Assembly: GCA_963787255.1 (NCBI GenBank)
Contig: CAWBCJ010000029.1
Location: 832,001-896,000 of the forward strand
From: Methanobacteriota archaeon
GTDB taxonomy: Archaea > Methanobacteriota > Methanobacteria > Methanobacteriales > Methanobacteriaceae
Direction of reading: 5' to 3'
Length of the DNA: 64,000 nucleotides
Position numbers and translations under genes: made by a program. The notes beneath the pieces are model-generated. The model made no database searches and had not been told where the DNA came from. It worked only from the letters and a program-made list of their open reading frames with translations. How positions within the stretch are numbered: position 1 is the stretch's first letter; every line of letters starts with the position of its first letter. Shown here one piece after another: positions 1 to 10,994 of this stretch.

Positions 1-230
1 CCCTCTGCCTTAATTGACTGGATTCTTTTCATCCCATTATAAACATCAAAATCATATCCAGTAATATAAATCTCTCCCTCCTTTAAGAGATTCATTAAAA
101 TTTCATTTAGAGTTTTATCAGACACAGATCTACCTGATTTCTTTCTAATACCTTCCAGAATCCTTCGTTTAGGAAGTTCGTTTTCCTGAATTATTTCCAG
201 GGTTAATTCCCTTAAATTATTTCTCGGCAT
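1..230 (-). CDS. Hypothetical protein, possibly winged-helix-like; truncated by window edge
   Basis: ATG at 230; open frame MPRNNLRELTLEIIQENELPKRRILEGIRKKSGRSVSDKTLNEILMNLLKEGEIYITGYDF runs off the window start. Confidence 0.7.
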   Translation of the reverse strand, partial: MPRNNLRELTLEIIQENELPKRRILEGIRKKSGRSVSDKTLNEILMNLLKEGEIYITGYDFDVYNGMKRIQSIKAE

Positions 231-399
231 AGTCCCCACGCTGCAAATTTTATATGTGAACATATGCACAAAGTAGTATAAAAAGTAATTGTGTATGTGA
301 GAACAATAACTCATAAGAAATAGAATCCAGTATGATGTGAGGTGATATAAAAAATAATAAATCTTATTATCAACTAAAAATATAAAAAACTATTAACAA

Positions 400-455
400 A
401 TATTTTATATATAAGTAAATGTATAAAAAAAATTACATAATTAAAATGGAGGTGC
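400..455 (+). promoter_or_regulatory. Putative TATA box and Shine-Dalgarno for the pilin genes
   Basis: TTTTATATATAA near 403-414 and GGAGGTG at 448-454 ahead of ATG 462. Confidence 0.55.
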
Positions 456-461
456 TGTAAT

Positions 462-665
<204 letters not shown>

Positions 666-839
666 ATGTTAATGGATGAAAAAGCCCAAATAAGTGCAGA
701 AATGATTCTTTTAATGGGAGCATTATTGGTGCTTGTAATTGTAGCAGGAAATTATATATTTGGAATTTCAAAATCTGTAGCAGGAAATGTATCTGATGTT
801 GTGGATTCTGCAAAAAATTCAGCCATTAACAAAATGTAA
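666..839 (+). CDS. Second class III signal peptide pilin-like protein, 57 aa (missing from ORF track)
   Basis: MLMDEKA|[50 protein letters not shown]; QxSxE motif; NVS sequon. Confidence 0.85.
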   Translation: MLMDEKAQISAEMILLMGALLVLVIVAGNYIFGISKSVAGNVSDVVDSAKNSAINKM

Positions 840-869
840 TTTTCCATTAATTTCTTTTTTTAATTTTAA

Positions 870-3171
870 TTATTTAGAAACTAATTCGTATAATATTCAT
901 ATCTACATCTAATTAACATCTTTGATAATTCTATTATTCAATACTAGATTTCGAATAATTGGTTTCCATACTATTATATTGTTTTTCATAAATCTGTTAA
1001 TTGAACTTTCTTCTAGTGAAAGTTTAGTGAAAGTGGAATTTTCAAATTCTTTATTTAAAACTACTGCTTTTTTATCTATCTAAATTCAATATAACACAAA
1101 AATCACTTTTATTGTCTAAATACTGCTGTTTTAATTTGCCCATTATTAATTGTTACTAACACAATAAGGAATTTATCCATTCCAGGTTATATTTCCATTC
1201 TTCAAATTCATAAAAATTCCATTATTGGTTCTTAAATCAGTTATTATTCAAATGAATATCTCCATTTGAATAATGTAATATTCATACTTTCTCTTTTATT
1301 GAAATCCCAAGTACCAAATTTAAATATATGTATACTCCTCCAATTCGTTCCGTATGTTATAAGTATGTAGGGATTTGTTTTTTTGGGGATGAGTGTATTT
1401 TAACACGTTTTCTGATTGTGTTTCACTTAAATTGTATTCTTTGATAAGTTTTTCTTTGGCAGTGGCTTTGTCAACTCCCAGAATATTTTTTAGTATTTCA
1501 ACGGTTTGTGTAGTGTTTTTAGTGTATTCATCAAGGGTTAAATATCCTTCATCTCCACTGGTGGCTAACATTCTGAATATTCCTGATGATAAACTTTCAT
1601 TGTTCGTTGTAAAGGCAAAATCAACCCAATAATTCCTTGAAACACTGGGAGATTTATCTTTAAATGTAAATGAACTATCAAATTGTCTTACGGGTAATGT
1701 TTCAATATATCCTAACCTTCCATCAAAAATAACGGGTCGATCTGCAATCCCTGTCCAATAATGGCCATAGCTCCAATCTGAGATAATTACAGTATTTTTA
1801 TCGGTGTTATTTTGAATCCATTGAAGCTACATCATTAAAATCATCATTAACTCCAGGTTTAAGCAGGTAAAAACCGTTATAATTATTTAAAACATGAGGG
1901 TACTAACAATCAAAAGTAGTAAAATTATTGTTAAAATTTTTATTAGACTCTCTCTTTTAAGATTTTTAATATAGCCAATGGCTATACCAATCATTATTCC
2001 TGAACTTATTGCTAATGGAGGTATAACCAGCATAATAAATCTAACACCTTTAAAAAGAGCAAATAATCCCACTATAATCCATACAACTAAAAATATGTAA
2101 AAAAACCATGTTCATTTTATTTAAATACTTTTCTTTCATTTCTTTATTAATTAAAACTCTAAAAATCCAGAATAAGCCTAATAAACCTCCAAAAAATACT
2201 GGACCAATGGAAGAAATGGTTTCATCAAATGAGGCAATTTGCAGCTCTGAAACTGAACTATATACATCAGGCCAGCTTGCAAATGGATTTTGATTTCCTG
2301 ACAATATTAAAAGCTGAAGAGGTCCATAAAATACTTTTACAATGTTTAGATATCCTGTAAAAAGACTCACTAATATGAGGACAACTGCTGAAAAGATAAT
2401 GACAAAATATAAAGTACTTTGTACATTCTTTTTTCTTATTATTCCATAAATTACATAGAAAATACAGAAAACGACGATTATATAAAATAGATATTGCCAC
2501 CCATTCCATGCAAGTGAGAATAAAAACATTGAAAAACTAGCAAGTAATGTGTAAATCAGTTGGTTTTTCTTATTATCATTGTTTACAGCTTCTATGAAAA
2601 ACCATGCTATTAATATGGGGAATAATAATATTGAACATGTCAGTGTCAAACCAGCCAGGAACTGTTCTATAAAATAAAATGGTGCAGTGACAGCAAAAAT
2701 AGCTGCTGCAAAACCTCCATATTCATTAGTGTATTTTTTAACAAAAAAATACGCAGGAATACCGCACAATGGGCCAATGAACGCGGGAAGCCAGAAACAA
2801 ACTGTTAAAAGAGGAATAGTAGTAAATAGATTAACCAGTTTATAAAAAAATGCCGTTAAATAAACTATCAAAGGAGGATAGTCCAAAGGGACCCCTGGAG
2901 GGTAATAAGAGTGTAAATCCCATTCTCGGTTATTTACTATAGAATCGCCGAGATAACCATGATCCAAGTAATTTTTTGTTAATCTGTAATTGTAGTAGGA
3001 ATCAAGTTCATACATGTAAGGTAAGCCATTTTGATCCTGATAATAAGTTTTATCATCGTCTGAAATTCCATAAAGATTTACAGATTCTACTCTGAAAATG
3101 AATCCAACTAGAAATATGATCAAAATAATAAATAATGTTAATAATAAATCTTTTTTTGTTAAATTCAACAT
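870..3171 (-). pseudogene. aglB: AglB/STT3-family oligosaccharyltransferase paralogue, broken by several frameshifts (pseudogene or assembly errors)
   Basis: N-terminal ELDSYYNYR and YYPPG motifs, SVSELQ loop, many TM helices; WIQNNT...ISDWSYGHYW...DRPVIFDG near 1720-1820; ORF pieces 2050-3171, 1887-2072 and 1320-1571; last frame ends YELVSK* at 870. Confidence 0.8.
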
Positions 3172-3238
3172 TAGCGTAATATTTATGTTAGTATTATATA
3201 AATATTTGAATTATTGGATTAATAGTGGAAAAAAAATC

Positions 3239-3546
3239 ATGTTCCTTAAAAATAACATTGAAAAACTGTTAGATATTGATTTTACGAAGTTTCCTTATCT
3301 TTTTGTATTAATTTTGTTCTTTATTTTATCAAGAATTCCTTTGTTAAATTTGGGTTTTGGATCTGACCCTGATGCTTGGAGAATTGCAAATTCTGCTTTT
3401 GATTTACATTATTTTAATGTTTATCATCCTTCTAGATTTCCAGGTTATCCTCTTCCTGAAATTTTCAATTCATTAGTTATAAATTATGGATGGCTTGCCA
3501 CGAATATTATAACTATGATTATTTCTTTAATTTCGGTTATTTTAAT
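3239..3546 (+). pseudogene. N-terminal fragment of a GT-C-like integral membrane glycosyltransferase, truncated and joined to a pilin remnant
   Basis: TM helix followed by SRIPLLNLGFGSDPDAW...HPSRFPGYP, typical of a GT-C first loop; stops after about 100 codons. Confidence 0.6.
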
Positions 3547-3691
3547 AGATGAAAGTGAGTCAGGGAGCATCTGAATATATCTTATTATTTGGTGGTATCA
3601 TAGTTATTGCGATATCTACGTTATTGATTTACAGAAATTACTTACTTATCAACCATACTTAACTGATCGAGACCTTAATATTGTTAGAAGC
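3545..3691 (+). pseudogene. Degenerate copy of the 462-665 pilin gene
   Basis: With one indel reads [31 protein letters not shown]...DLNIVRS; 19 nt identical (3571-3589 = 499-517); no start codon. Confidence 0.85.
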
Positions 3692-3835
3692 TTGTATCTA
3701 ACGGTTAGAATATTATATATTTTTATAATTAATTTGATTCTATTGATTAGTAATTTTGTTCTAATGCTTATTATTTAATAAAGGACTTATAAACCTAAAT
3801 TTTAATTCAATAAATTAGTATCATTATTTATACCA

Positions 3836-3947
3836 AAAATCTCATAGTTCATCATTGGAATCATTGCATAAAACGCACTGCTCTGTATTTTCTGTCCTTT
3901 CATTATTCCTTAGAAAGTTAACTACTGCACTGGTTTTGACGAGATTA
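3836..3947 (-). pseudogene. Heavily decayed remnant of the yjjX 3' end
   Basis: Minus strand reads ...ERTENTEQCVL / AMIPMMNYEIF with indels, matching yjjX DRTENTEQCILTAMIPRMNEEIYF. Confidence 0.75.
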
Positions 3948-4070
3948 TTTATTCTAATTATTTAAAAAATTAATAAATTTATTTTTCATAATAAAAAGAT
4001 TTATAACTTAATGGATAAATAAGGATGATTAACCTTTTAAAGATGTTTTAATTTCAATTAAGGTAATAAA

Positions 4071-4788
4071 ATGAGATTAATTACGATAATTCCAGCATAC
4101 AACGAAGAAAACGCCATAGGGGATGTTGTAAAATGTTCAATGCAATATTCGGATGTTATGGTGGTTGACGACGGTTCAAGTGACGATACTTATAATCAGG
4201 CAAAGAATTCAGGTGCTGAAGTAATAAAACATGAAAAAAATAGGGGAAAAGGGGCAGCTATAAAATCAGGACTAAATAATGCGTTAAATGAAGGTTATGA
4301 TGCTTTTATTTTAATTGATGGGGATGGACAGCATGATCCAGCAAACATACCATTATTTTCTTCATTTATTGGTGAATACGGTCTTGTTATGGGGTCAAGG
4401 TTTATAAAAGGCAATCCTGAAAACATGCCACTCAGTAGAAGAATATCTAATAAGGTTACAACAAAGCTTATCAAGTATGTAACTGGATACAATCTTACAG
4501 ATAGTCAAAATGGGTTTAGGGCTTTATCAAAAGAGTGTGCAAGGCTTTTTTTGGATATAACGTATGATGATTATGTTTACGAATCTGAAATGATTTATAT
4601 TGCTGCTTTAAATAAAATCTTGTTGAAGGAAGTGGCTGTTTCTCAGTAAGTATGGTCTTGAAAAGTCTCATATAACTAAATTGAATATTTTTAAGTACAT
4701 TTTTTTTATTGGATTGCTTTTAAGCAGAAAATTAAGAAGTAGAGTTAATAAAATTAAACTGATTTTTGAGACCAATTCTATTGGATAG
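4071..4788 (+). CDS. GT2 glycosyltransferase (dolichol-phosphate mannose synthase-like); frameshift near 4643
   Basis: IIPAYNEE, VVDDGSSD, DGDGQH and DSQNGFRA motifs; tail SKYGLEKSHIT continues in another frame to TAG 4788. Confidence 0.9.
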
Positions 4789-4838
4789 TTATATTTAATA
4801 CATTTCAATCAAGATATATTGATTAAATGATATGAGGA

Positions 4839-5852
4839 ATGTCTTTGAAAAGGTATTATGTATTTATAATCAGTTTATCTTTAATATTTTTGCTTATATT
4901 GTGGATAGGTCCAATTAATATTATAAATGCCTTTAAAACTGCTGATTGGAAGTGGCTTTTAGTCGCGCTTTTTATTCATCTTCTTGCTGTTGGTGTACGA
5001 TCTCTTAGATGGGGTTATATTATAGATAAACCCTATGAATTCAAAAATAATTTCATTGTAAAAACAATAGGACTTTTTGCAGGGAATTTTTCTCCGATGA
5101 GAAGTGCAGGAGAAGTGATGAACGCGGTTGCAGGTAAAAATATCAACAAAATAACATTACATGAAGGTTTATCCGCAGGATTAACTGAAAGATTCTTTGA
5201 TCTTCTTATTGTGGGGCTTTTACTAGTTATGGCTGCCATATGGGTTGAAAATGTGCGATTTTTATCTATTATAGGTGCTTTTTTATCTTTGGCAATTGTA
5301 ATATTGATTTATTTTGTAAACTGGAGAGAAGGTGCAGGCATGTGGATTTATGAAAAGATTCATCCAATTTTATGCAGGCTGCCTTTAAACGAAAAATTTC
5401 TGGAAGGTATGTATTCCAAATTTAAGGATGGCATCGTGGGGATGACTTCATACACTAATTCATTTACTACCGGCCGAAACATGTTTTTAGTGTTTTTTTT
5501 AGCAGTAATATCATGGCTTTTAGAATGTTTAAGGTTATACGTGGTTTTTTATGCTTTCAGTGTTGAAATTAATTTCGCATCAATTGTCATAATATTCCTG
5601 CTTGCAAACTTTATAGGGGTTGTTTCTGTACTTCCTGGAGGTATTGGGGCCATTGAATTATCTTTAACTGGATTATTTTTGTTATTTGGAGTTCCAGAAG
5701 CATTGGCGGGAAGTATAGCTTTAGCTGATCGTTTAGTCTCATTTTGGGTAGTCAGTGCCCTTGGACTTATATTTTCTTCATATTATGCAAAGGACATACT
5801 CGATGAAGTTAAAGAATATACTCTGGGCATTAAGATTGCAAAAGATAAATAA
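4839..5852 (+). CDS. UPF0104 / lysylphosphatidylglycerol-synthase TM domain (flippase-like) membrane protein
   Basis: RSLRW, P..SAGE, ERFFD, LPGGIGAIE and DRLVSFW motifs; multiple TM helices. Confidence 0.85.
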   Translation: MSLKRYYVFIISLSLIFLLILWIGPINIINAFKTADWKWLLVALFIHLLAVGVRSLRWGYIIDKPYEFKNNFIVKTIGLFAGNFSPMRSAGEVMNAVAGKNINKITLHEGLSAGLTERFFDLLIVGLLLVMAAIWVENVRFLSIIGAFLSLAIVILIYFVNWREGAGMWIYEKIHPILCRLPLNEKFLEGMYSKFKDGIVGMTSYTNSFTTGRNMFLVFFLAVISWLLECLRLYVVFYAFSVEINFASIVIIFLLANFIGVVSVLPGGIGAIELSLTGLFLLFGVPEALAGSIALADRLVSFWVVSALGLIFSSYYAKDILDEVKEYTLGIKIAKDK

Positions 5853-5867
5853 AAAAAACTTTATAAC

Positions 5868-5971
5868 TTATTTGAAATAAATTTCATTATTCATCCTTGG
5901 AATCATGGCCGTTAAAACACACTGTTCAGTATTTTCTGTCTTATCAAGCAATCCTTTTGATAAATAACTGA
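5868..5971 (-). pseudogene. Displaced 3' end of a divergent yjjX allele (33 codons plus stop)
   Basis: SYLSKGLLDKTENTEQCVLTAMIPRMNNEIYFK* versus yjjX SYLSKGLLDRTENTEQCILTAMIPRMNEEIYFK (14268-14366). Confidence 0.95.
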
Positions 5972-6087
5972 ATTTTTTATTTTTTTTATAAAATATTGTT
6001 TAAATTAAACATTAATTTGAATAATTTTACTTTATAAATCTTTAATATTTAGTAAGAGTTATTAGTAATCCTTTACCAATAAATATC

Positions 6088-7032
6088 ATGAAAATTTCTG
6101 TTATTATCCCAATGTTCAATGAGGAAGAGAACGTTTTAAATACACTTAATTGTGTGAATGATATTTTAAAGGAATATGATGATTACGAAATTATTGCAGT
6201 AGATGACGGGAGTTATGATAATACCTTTGAATTATCAAGTGAATATGCATCAAATAATCCTAATATTGTTATTTTGCAGCATTCTATAAATAGGGGAATG
6301 GGAGCAGCGCTAAGAACTGGTTTTAAAGAGGCTAGAGGTAATATTGTGATAACAATTGATGCTGATTTGAGTTATGATCCATATTACATTCCAAAGTTAG
6401 TTAATGCGCTTGATGAGGCAACCGATATCGTAGTTGGATCTCAATATATGGCTGGTGGGAAAACCGAAGATATACCTTTTTTAAGACTATTTGTAAGTAA
6501 AATGGCCAATAGGATTGTTGGATATGCTATGGTTGATAATATAAGTACAGTTACCGGCGTTTTAAGGGCATATCGAGAAGAAGTTTTAGATTCAATTGAA
6601 CTCGAATCTAATGGAACAGAGATTAATCCTGAAATACTCGCTAAAGCAAAAGCTATTGGTTTTAGCATAAAAGAAATTCCAGTTACATTAAAGGCAAGAA
6701 AATTAGGTAAATCTAAGGTAAGGTTTAGGTCTACAACTGTATCTCATTTGTTATTTACATTCTATGAAAAGCCTATGATCCTATTTGGTGCAATAGGGTT
6801 TTTTTTATTGTTCATTGGTATCATAAGCGCTATATATCTCTTTTATCAGTTTTTAATTGGAACTTTGGATCCTACAAGGCCTTTAATGCTTTTTATGGTT
6901 TTAATGTTACTTTCGGGGATACAAATATTGATTTTTGGATTTGTTGCAACACAAATAAGTCTTCTTAAACGGGAAATTTACATTGTTCAAAAAGAAAATA
7001 AAGAAATGCATAAGAAGTTAAATAATCAGTGA
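6088..7032 (+). CDS. GT2 polyprenol-phosphate glycosyltransferase with two C-terminal TM helices
   Basis: [15 protein letters not shown] and DADLSY motifs. Confidence 0.9.
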   Translation: MKISVIIPMFNEEENVLNTLNCVNDILKEYDDYEIIAVDDGSYDNTFELSSEYASNNPNIVILQHSINRGMGAALRTGFKEARGNIVITIDADLSYDPYYIPKLVNALDEATDIVVGSQYMAGGKTEDIPFLRLFVSKMANRIVGYAMVDNISTVTGVLRAYREEVLDSIELESNGTEINPEILAKAKAIGFSIKEIPVTLKARKLGKSKVRFRSTTVSHLLFTFYEKPMILFGAIGFFLLFIGIISAIYLFYQFLIGTLDPTRPLMLFMVLMLLSGIQILIFGFVATQISLLKREIYIVQKENKEMHKKLNNQ

Positions 7033-7036
7033 TTTT

Positions 7037-8050
7037 ATGAATAAATCTGCTGTTACTATCATTATTTTGAATTGGAATGGTTGGAAAGACACTATTGAAT
7101 GTTTAGAGTCTCTTTATCAAATCAATTATCCTAATTATAATGTTATTTTAGTGGATAATGCATCTTCTGATGAATCTTTAAAAAAAATAAAAGAATATGC
7201 CGAAGGTAAAATAAAGGTAGAATCTAATTTTTTTAATTATAATTCAGATAATAAACCACTTGATATAGTCAATTATGAAAAAGAAGAATCTGAATTGGGA
7301 TATGGTATGGATTTAGATCATAATGCTTTGATTATTATCAAAAATGAAAAAAATTATGGTTTTGCTGAAGGAAATAATATTGGAATGAGGTTTGCATTTA
7401 AAAATTTAAATTCAGATTATATTCTACTTTTAAATAATGATACAGTTGTAGATAAAGATTTTTTAAATTATATGGTGGAAACAGGAGAAAAAGATGAAGA
7501 AATAGGGATTTTAGGTCCTAAGATATATTATTATAATGATTCACAAAGAATATGGTGTATTGGGGGGAAAATCGACTGGAAGTTTGCCAGAGGTTTGCAT
7601 ATTGGAACAAATGAAGTTGATAGGGGCCAGTATAGTGAAATAAAGGAATTTGATTATATAAGTGGGTCTGCATTCTTAATTAAAAGAGATATTATTGATA
7701 AAGTAGGATTAATGGATAAAAAATTCTTTTTATATTTTGAAGAATCAGATTGGGCTTTAAGGGCATCTGGAAGGGGATATAAATCGGTTTACGTTCCTAA
7801 AGCAAAGGTATGGCATAAAATATCTAAATCTGGAGGGGGGATAACTAAACCTGTTGGGCTGTATTATATAACCCGGAATAGGTGGTTATTTATGAAAAAG
7901 TGGTCTAAAAGGAATGACTATGTTTTTTTCATGGTGTATCAAGCTGTGGGCGCGTTAGTATTACCTATTTTTTTGAGTATTTATTATGGCAATCTTAAGT
8001 TATTTATGGCTTATTATCGCGGAATGAGAGATGGAATTGTTGAAAGATAA
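7037..8050 (+). CDS. GT2 glycosyltransferase (rhamnosyltransferase-like)
   Basis: IIILNWNG, VDNASSD, GFAEGNN, LLNND and YFEESDW motifs. Confidence 0.9.
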   Translation: MNKSAVTIIILNWNGWKDTIECLESLYQINYPNYNVILVDNASSDESLKKIKEYAEGKIKVESNFFNYNSDNKPLDIVNYEKEESELGYGMDLDHNALIIIKNEKNYGFAEGNNIGMRFAFKNLNSDYILLLNNDTVVDKDFLNYMVETGEKDEEIGILGPKIYYYNDSQRIWCIGGKIDWKFARGLHIGTNEVDRGQYSEIKEFDYISGSAFLIKRDIIDKVGLMDKKFFLYFEESDWALRASGRGYKSVYVPKAKVWHKISKSGGGITKPVGLYYITRNRWLFMKKWSKRNDYVFFMVYQAVGALVLPIFLSIYYGNLKLFMAYYRGMRDGIVER

Positions 8051-8059
8051 TACTGACAA

Positions 8060-8851
8060 CTATCTCAAAAAGCGCATTAAATTATCTGGGAAAACTTTTT
8101 TCTTAATTTTAACTAATAAATCAAATTGTAACAAAAAATAATACATTTTTTGATAAAATATCTGTAAAAATAAGGGATATACTGTACTCCAACTACCGGT
8201 AGTGGTATAAATCCATTTATGGCTAGCTTTATGTTTTTTTACTAATTTTTCCAATGTTGAATAGTATTCTTTTCCTGAAAATGAATATCCTGGAGAAACA
8301 TGATACCCCCCCATAGGGATTACATAAGCATCTAATCCTGCCTCTTTAACACTTAAACAATAATCTGTCGCATATAAATGCCAGTTATCACATGTAGTTT
8401 CATCAAATTTAATTCGTTGAAATACTTTCTGTGGTATAATAATAAGGCATTCATCCAATGTTTGCACTTTAAGTGGGTCTTCAAATGGTACATGTCCGGG
8501 TAATACTGGGGGAACTCCTGTTTTAATTTTTGAAATTAAATAATAATCATATTTACCTGCAACACCTGCAACACCAAGATTTAAAAGGAATTTTAAGTCT
8601 TTTTCTAATTCATTCAATCCATTTAATTCAAATTCAAAATCTTGGTGTATGAACATCAAGTAGGTTCCCTTTGCTTTTTCCCCACCATAATTAAGGGCTT
8701 CGGCAGCAGATTTAAACTTTCCAGTAGTATTATCAATAAGAATTAATTCATAATCCATGGTTTGATATTTCAAACTATTTAATAAATAGTCATCAAGGAT
8801 CTTTTTGTTATTGAATGTGCAAATTATTGAAATCATATTAAACCTCAACAA
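8060..8851 (-). CDS. GT-A fold glycosyltransferase-like protein
   Basis: ISIICT, LIDN, SAAEALN, FIHQD, TLDEC and WHLYATDYCL motifs. Confidence 0.8.
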   Translation of the reverse strand: MLRFNMISIICTFNNKKILDDYLLNSLKYQTMDYELILIDNTTGKFKSAAEALNYGGEKAKGTYLMFIHQDFEFELNGLNELEKDLKFLLNLGVAGVAGKYDYYLISKIKTGVPPVLPGHVPFEDPLKVQTLDECLIIIPQKVFQRIKFDETTCDNWHLYATDYCLSVKEAGLDAYVIPMGGYHVSPGYSFSGKEYYSTLEKLVKKHKASHKWIYTTTGSWSTVYPLFLQIFYQKMYYFLLQFDLLVKIKKKVFPDNLMRFLR

Positions 8852-9494
8852 CAGAGATTAATCTATAATAAATTTCATCTGATTCAATTAATTTTAATAG
8901 CATTAAACCAGTTAAAACATGGTTTAGCCAGTTGGGTAATCCAATCATTTTAGGGATAGGTTCCACCTCTTCAACTTTATAATTTTCAAAATTTTTTGAA
9001 AGTAAATATTCTAAATCACTCTTTGTAAAAAAATTTACATGATCTTGTTCTAACATGTGCTCGTAAGTTAAATTATAATTTTTAAGTTCAGAAAAACTTG
9101 TACAATTTGGAACTGAAATTAATATATTTTTTTTAGCAACTCTCTTTGCTTCATTTAAAATTCGGCTTGGTTTTTTAACATGTTCTAAAACCTCGAATAA
9201 TAATACAGTATCAAAAGAATTATCTGGAAAAATTAATTTTTCTGCATTCATTCTATGGGCATCTACACCCTTTTCAAGTGCAATATCTATGTAATCTTGA
9301 ATAATATCAATACCTACACATTCAAATCCTTTTTTTTTAAGTTCAATACAGTAATCTCCTGTTGCACATCCAATATCCAATATTTTTTTTCCGGCATAGC
9401 GAACTGCAAATTCTACTAATTTAGAATATGCTTGATTTTTTTCTGTTTTTAAATACCAATTATCAGTATCTCTGTATATTTCCTCTTTTTTCAT
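8838..9494 (-). CDS. Class I SAM-dependent methyltransferase
   Basis: ILDIGCATG, FDTV..FEVLEH and SVPN motifs. Confidence 0.9.
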   Translation of the reverse strand: MKKEEIYRDTDNWYLKTEKNQAYSKLVEFAVRYAGKKILDIGCATGDYCIELKKKGFECVGIDIIQDYIDIALEKGVDAHRMNAEKLIFPDNSFDTVLLFEVLEHVKKPSRILNEAKRVAKKNILISVPNCTSFSELKNYNLTYEHMLEQDHVNFFTKSDLEYLLSKNFENYKVEEVEPIPKMIGLPNWLNHVLTGLMLLKLIESDEIYYRLISVVEV

Positions 9495-9525
9495 TTAATC
9501 AATCCAATTATTTTGAAGTCAATAT

Positions 9526-10980
9526 TTACAGATTAATTTTAAATATTTGTTTAATTATAATTATATCTTCCTTATCTATTCCTTTTAAAGCATATAACGA
9601 TGATAAATATACTAAAATGGATATAAATGATAAAATTAGTAAATTCCAATCTTTGAGATACAGGATTATGATACTCATAATTAAACTGGCAATAATTATT
9701 TTCAATAAATCTTTAAAAATCTTTTTTGTTTTAATTCTAAAACCATAATTATAGCTAACTTTAAAAATGCCTACTACCAAGACTATTTCTGTTAAAACAG
9801 TTGATATACTCGCACCAATTAAGCCGTATCGTGGAATTAAAATTAAATTTATGAATATATTTATTATCATACATATTCCTGATATTTTGGTCAATATTAA
9901 TTGTTTATTTGTAGCTTCTAATACTCTTGCAAAACCTGCACCTGCAAAGGTAAATACAATTGTCCAGATTAATATTTGCAAAGCAATTATGGAGTTAAGA
10001 TATCCTTGTCCAAAGATTAATAGGATGATCTTATCTGCTAACAGTGTAGTACCAACTCCTAATGGAATTCCAATAATAATCATAAATTTAAAATATTTTT
10101 CATTAATTAATTTCAATAAATCAGGTGAAGAAATGTGAGATTGAGACATTGAAGGAAAAATAGTGACATTAATTGTACTGGGAATAAATAATAGGAATAA
10201 AACTATTCGATAGGCTGCGTTGTACCAACCAACAACTTCATTTCCTTGAATTAGGGAAAGCATTACTGAGTCTATATATGTGTATATTGTCCCGGAAATT
10301 CCTGTTAGACCAAATGGTAAAGCATCCTTAATTATATTTTTCCAGAATTGTTTATTATACTCTAATTTTGGAATTGAAAACTTCAAGATGTAAATAATAA
10401 GATTATAGAATAAGATGACTCCACTTGAAGCCAAATATAGAAAAGAAAATCCGATAACATCAAATTTGTAATATATTGCCCCGATAACGCCTAAAAACAT
10501 TATAATACTAACTAAAATTTGACCTATAGATTGATATTCTATTTTTTCATATGCCTGAAATATAGAATAAAATATTCCACTCATTGAGGTTAAAATAATA
10601 GATAAGGAAACAAGATAAACCACAATTTTAGTTTCTTGAGGATAACCTAATAGGTTCAAGAATAAAACGATTAGACCAAATGTTAAAAAGGCCAGTATTA
10701 TTTTAATTAGTAAAGCATTTTCTAGATATTTCTTTGTTAATGATTTATCTTTGGCAACTTCTCTTACGGTCAATGTACTTAAACCTAAATCAGCAATAAT
10801 AGAAAAAATTCCAGAAAAAGCTAAAGCGAGGGATAGGATACCGAAGCCATCAGCACCAAGATAACGTGCAATATAAATTGTATAAAAGAATATCAAAATA
10901 TAACTTATAATTTGCGATAAAAATAAAATTGTCGTATTTTTTGCTATTCTTCTTACTTTACTCATATTAATGCACTTCAA
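9526..10980 (-). CDS. Wzx/MOP-family polysaccharide flippase
   Basis: [23 protein letters not shown] and VGWYNAAYR motifs; many TM helices. Confidence 0.9.
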   Translation of the reverse strand: MKCINMSKVRRIAKNTTILFLSQIISYILIFFYTIYIARYLGADGFGILSLALAFSGIFSIIADLGLSTLTVREVAKDKSLTKKYLENALLIKIILAFLTFGLIVLFLNLLGYPQETKIVVYLVSLSIILTSMSGIFYSIFQAYEKIEYQSIGQILVSIIMFLGVIGAIYYKFDVIGFSFLYLASSGVILFYNLIIYILKFSIPKLEYNKQFWKNIIKDALPFGLTGISGTIYTYIDSVMLSLIQGNEVVGWYNAAYRIVLFLLFIPSTINVTIFPSMSQSHISSPDLLKLINEKYFKFMIIIGIPLGVGTTLLADKIILLIFGQGYLNSIIALQILIWTIVFTFAGAGFARVLEATNKQLILTKISGICMIINIFINLILIPRYGLIGASISTVLTEIVLVVGIFKVSYNYGFRIKTKKIFKDLLKIIIASLIMSIIILYLKDWNLLILSFISILVYLSSLYALKGIDKEDIIIIKQIFKINL

Positions 10981-10994
10981 ATTTATGATTAAAG

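Noticed and set aside
3098-3238. N-terminal extension of the 3098-3574 ORF
   Set aside because: Overlaps the aglB start on the opposite strand; ATG 3239 is the more plausible start
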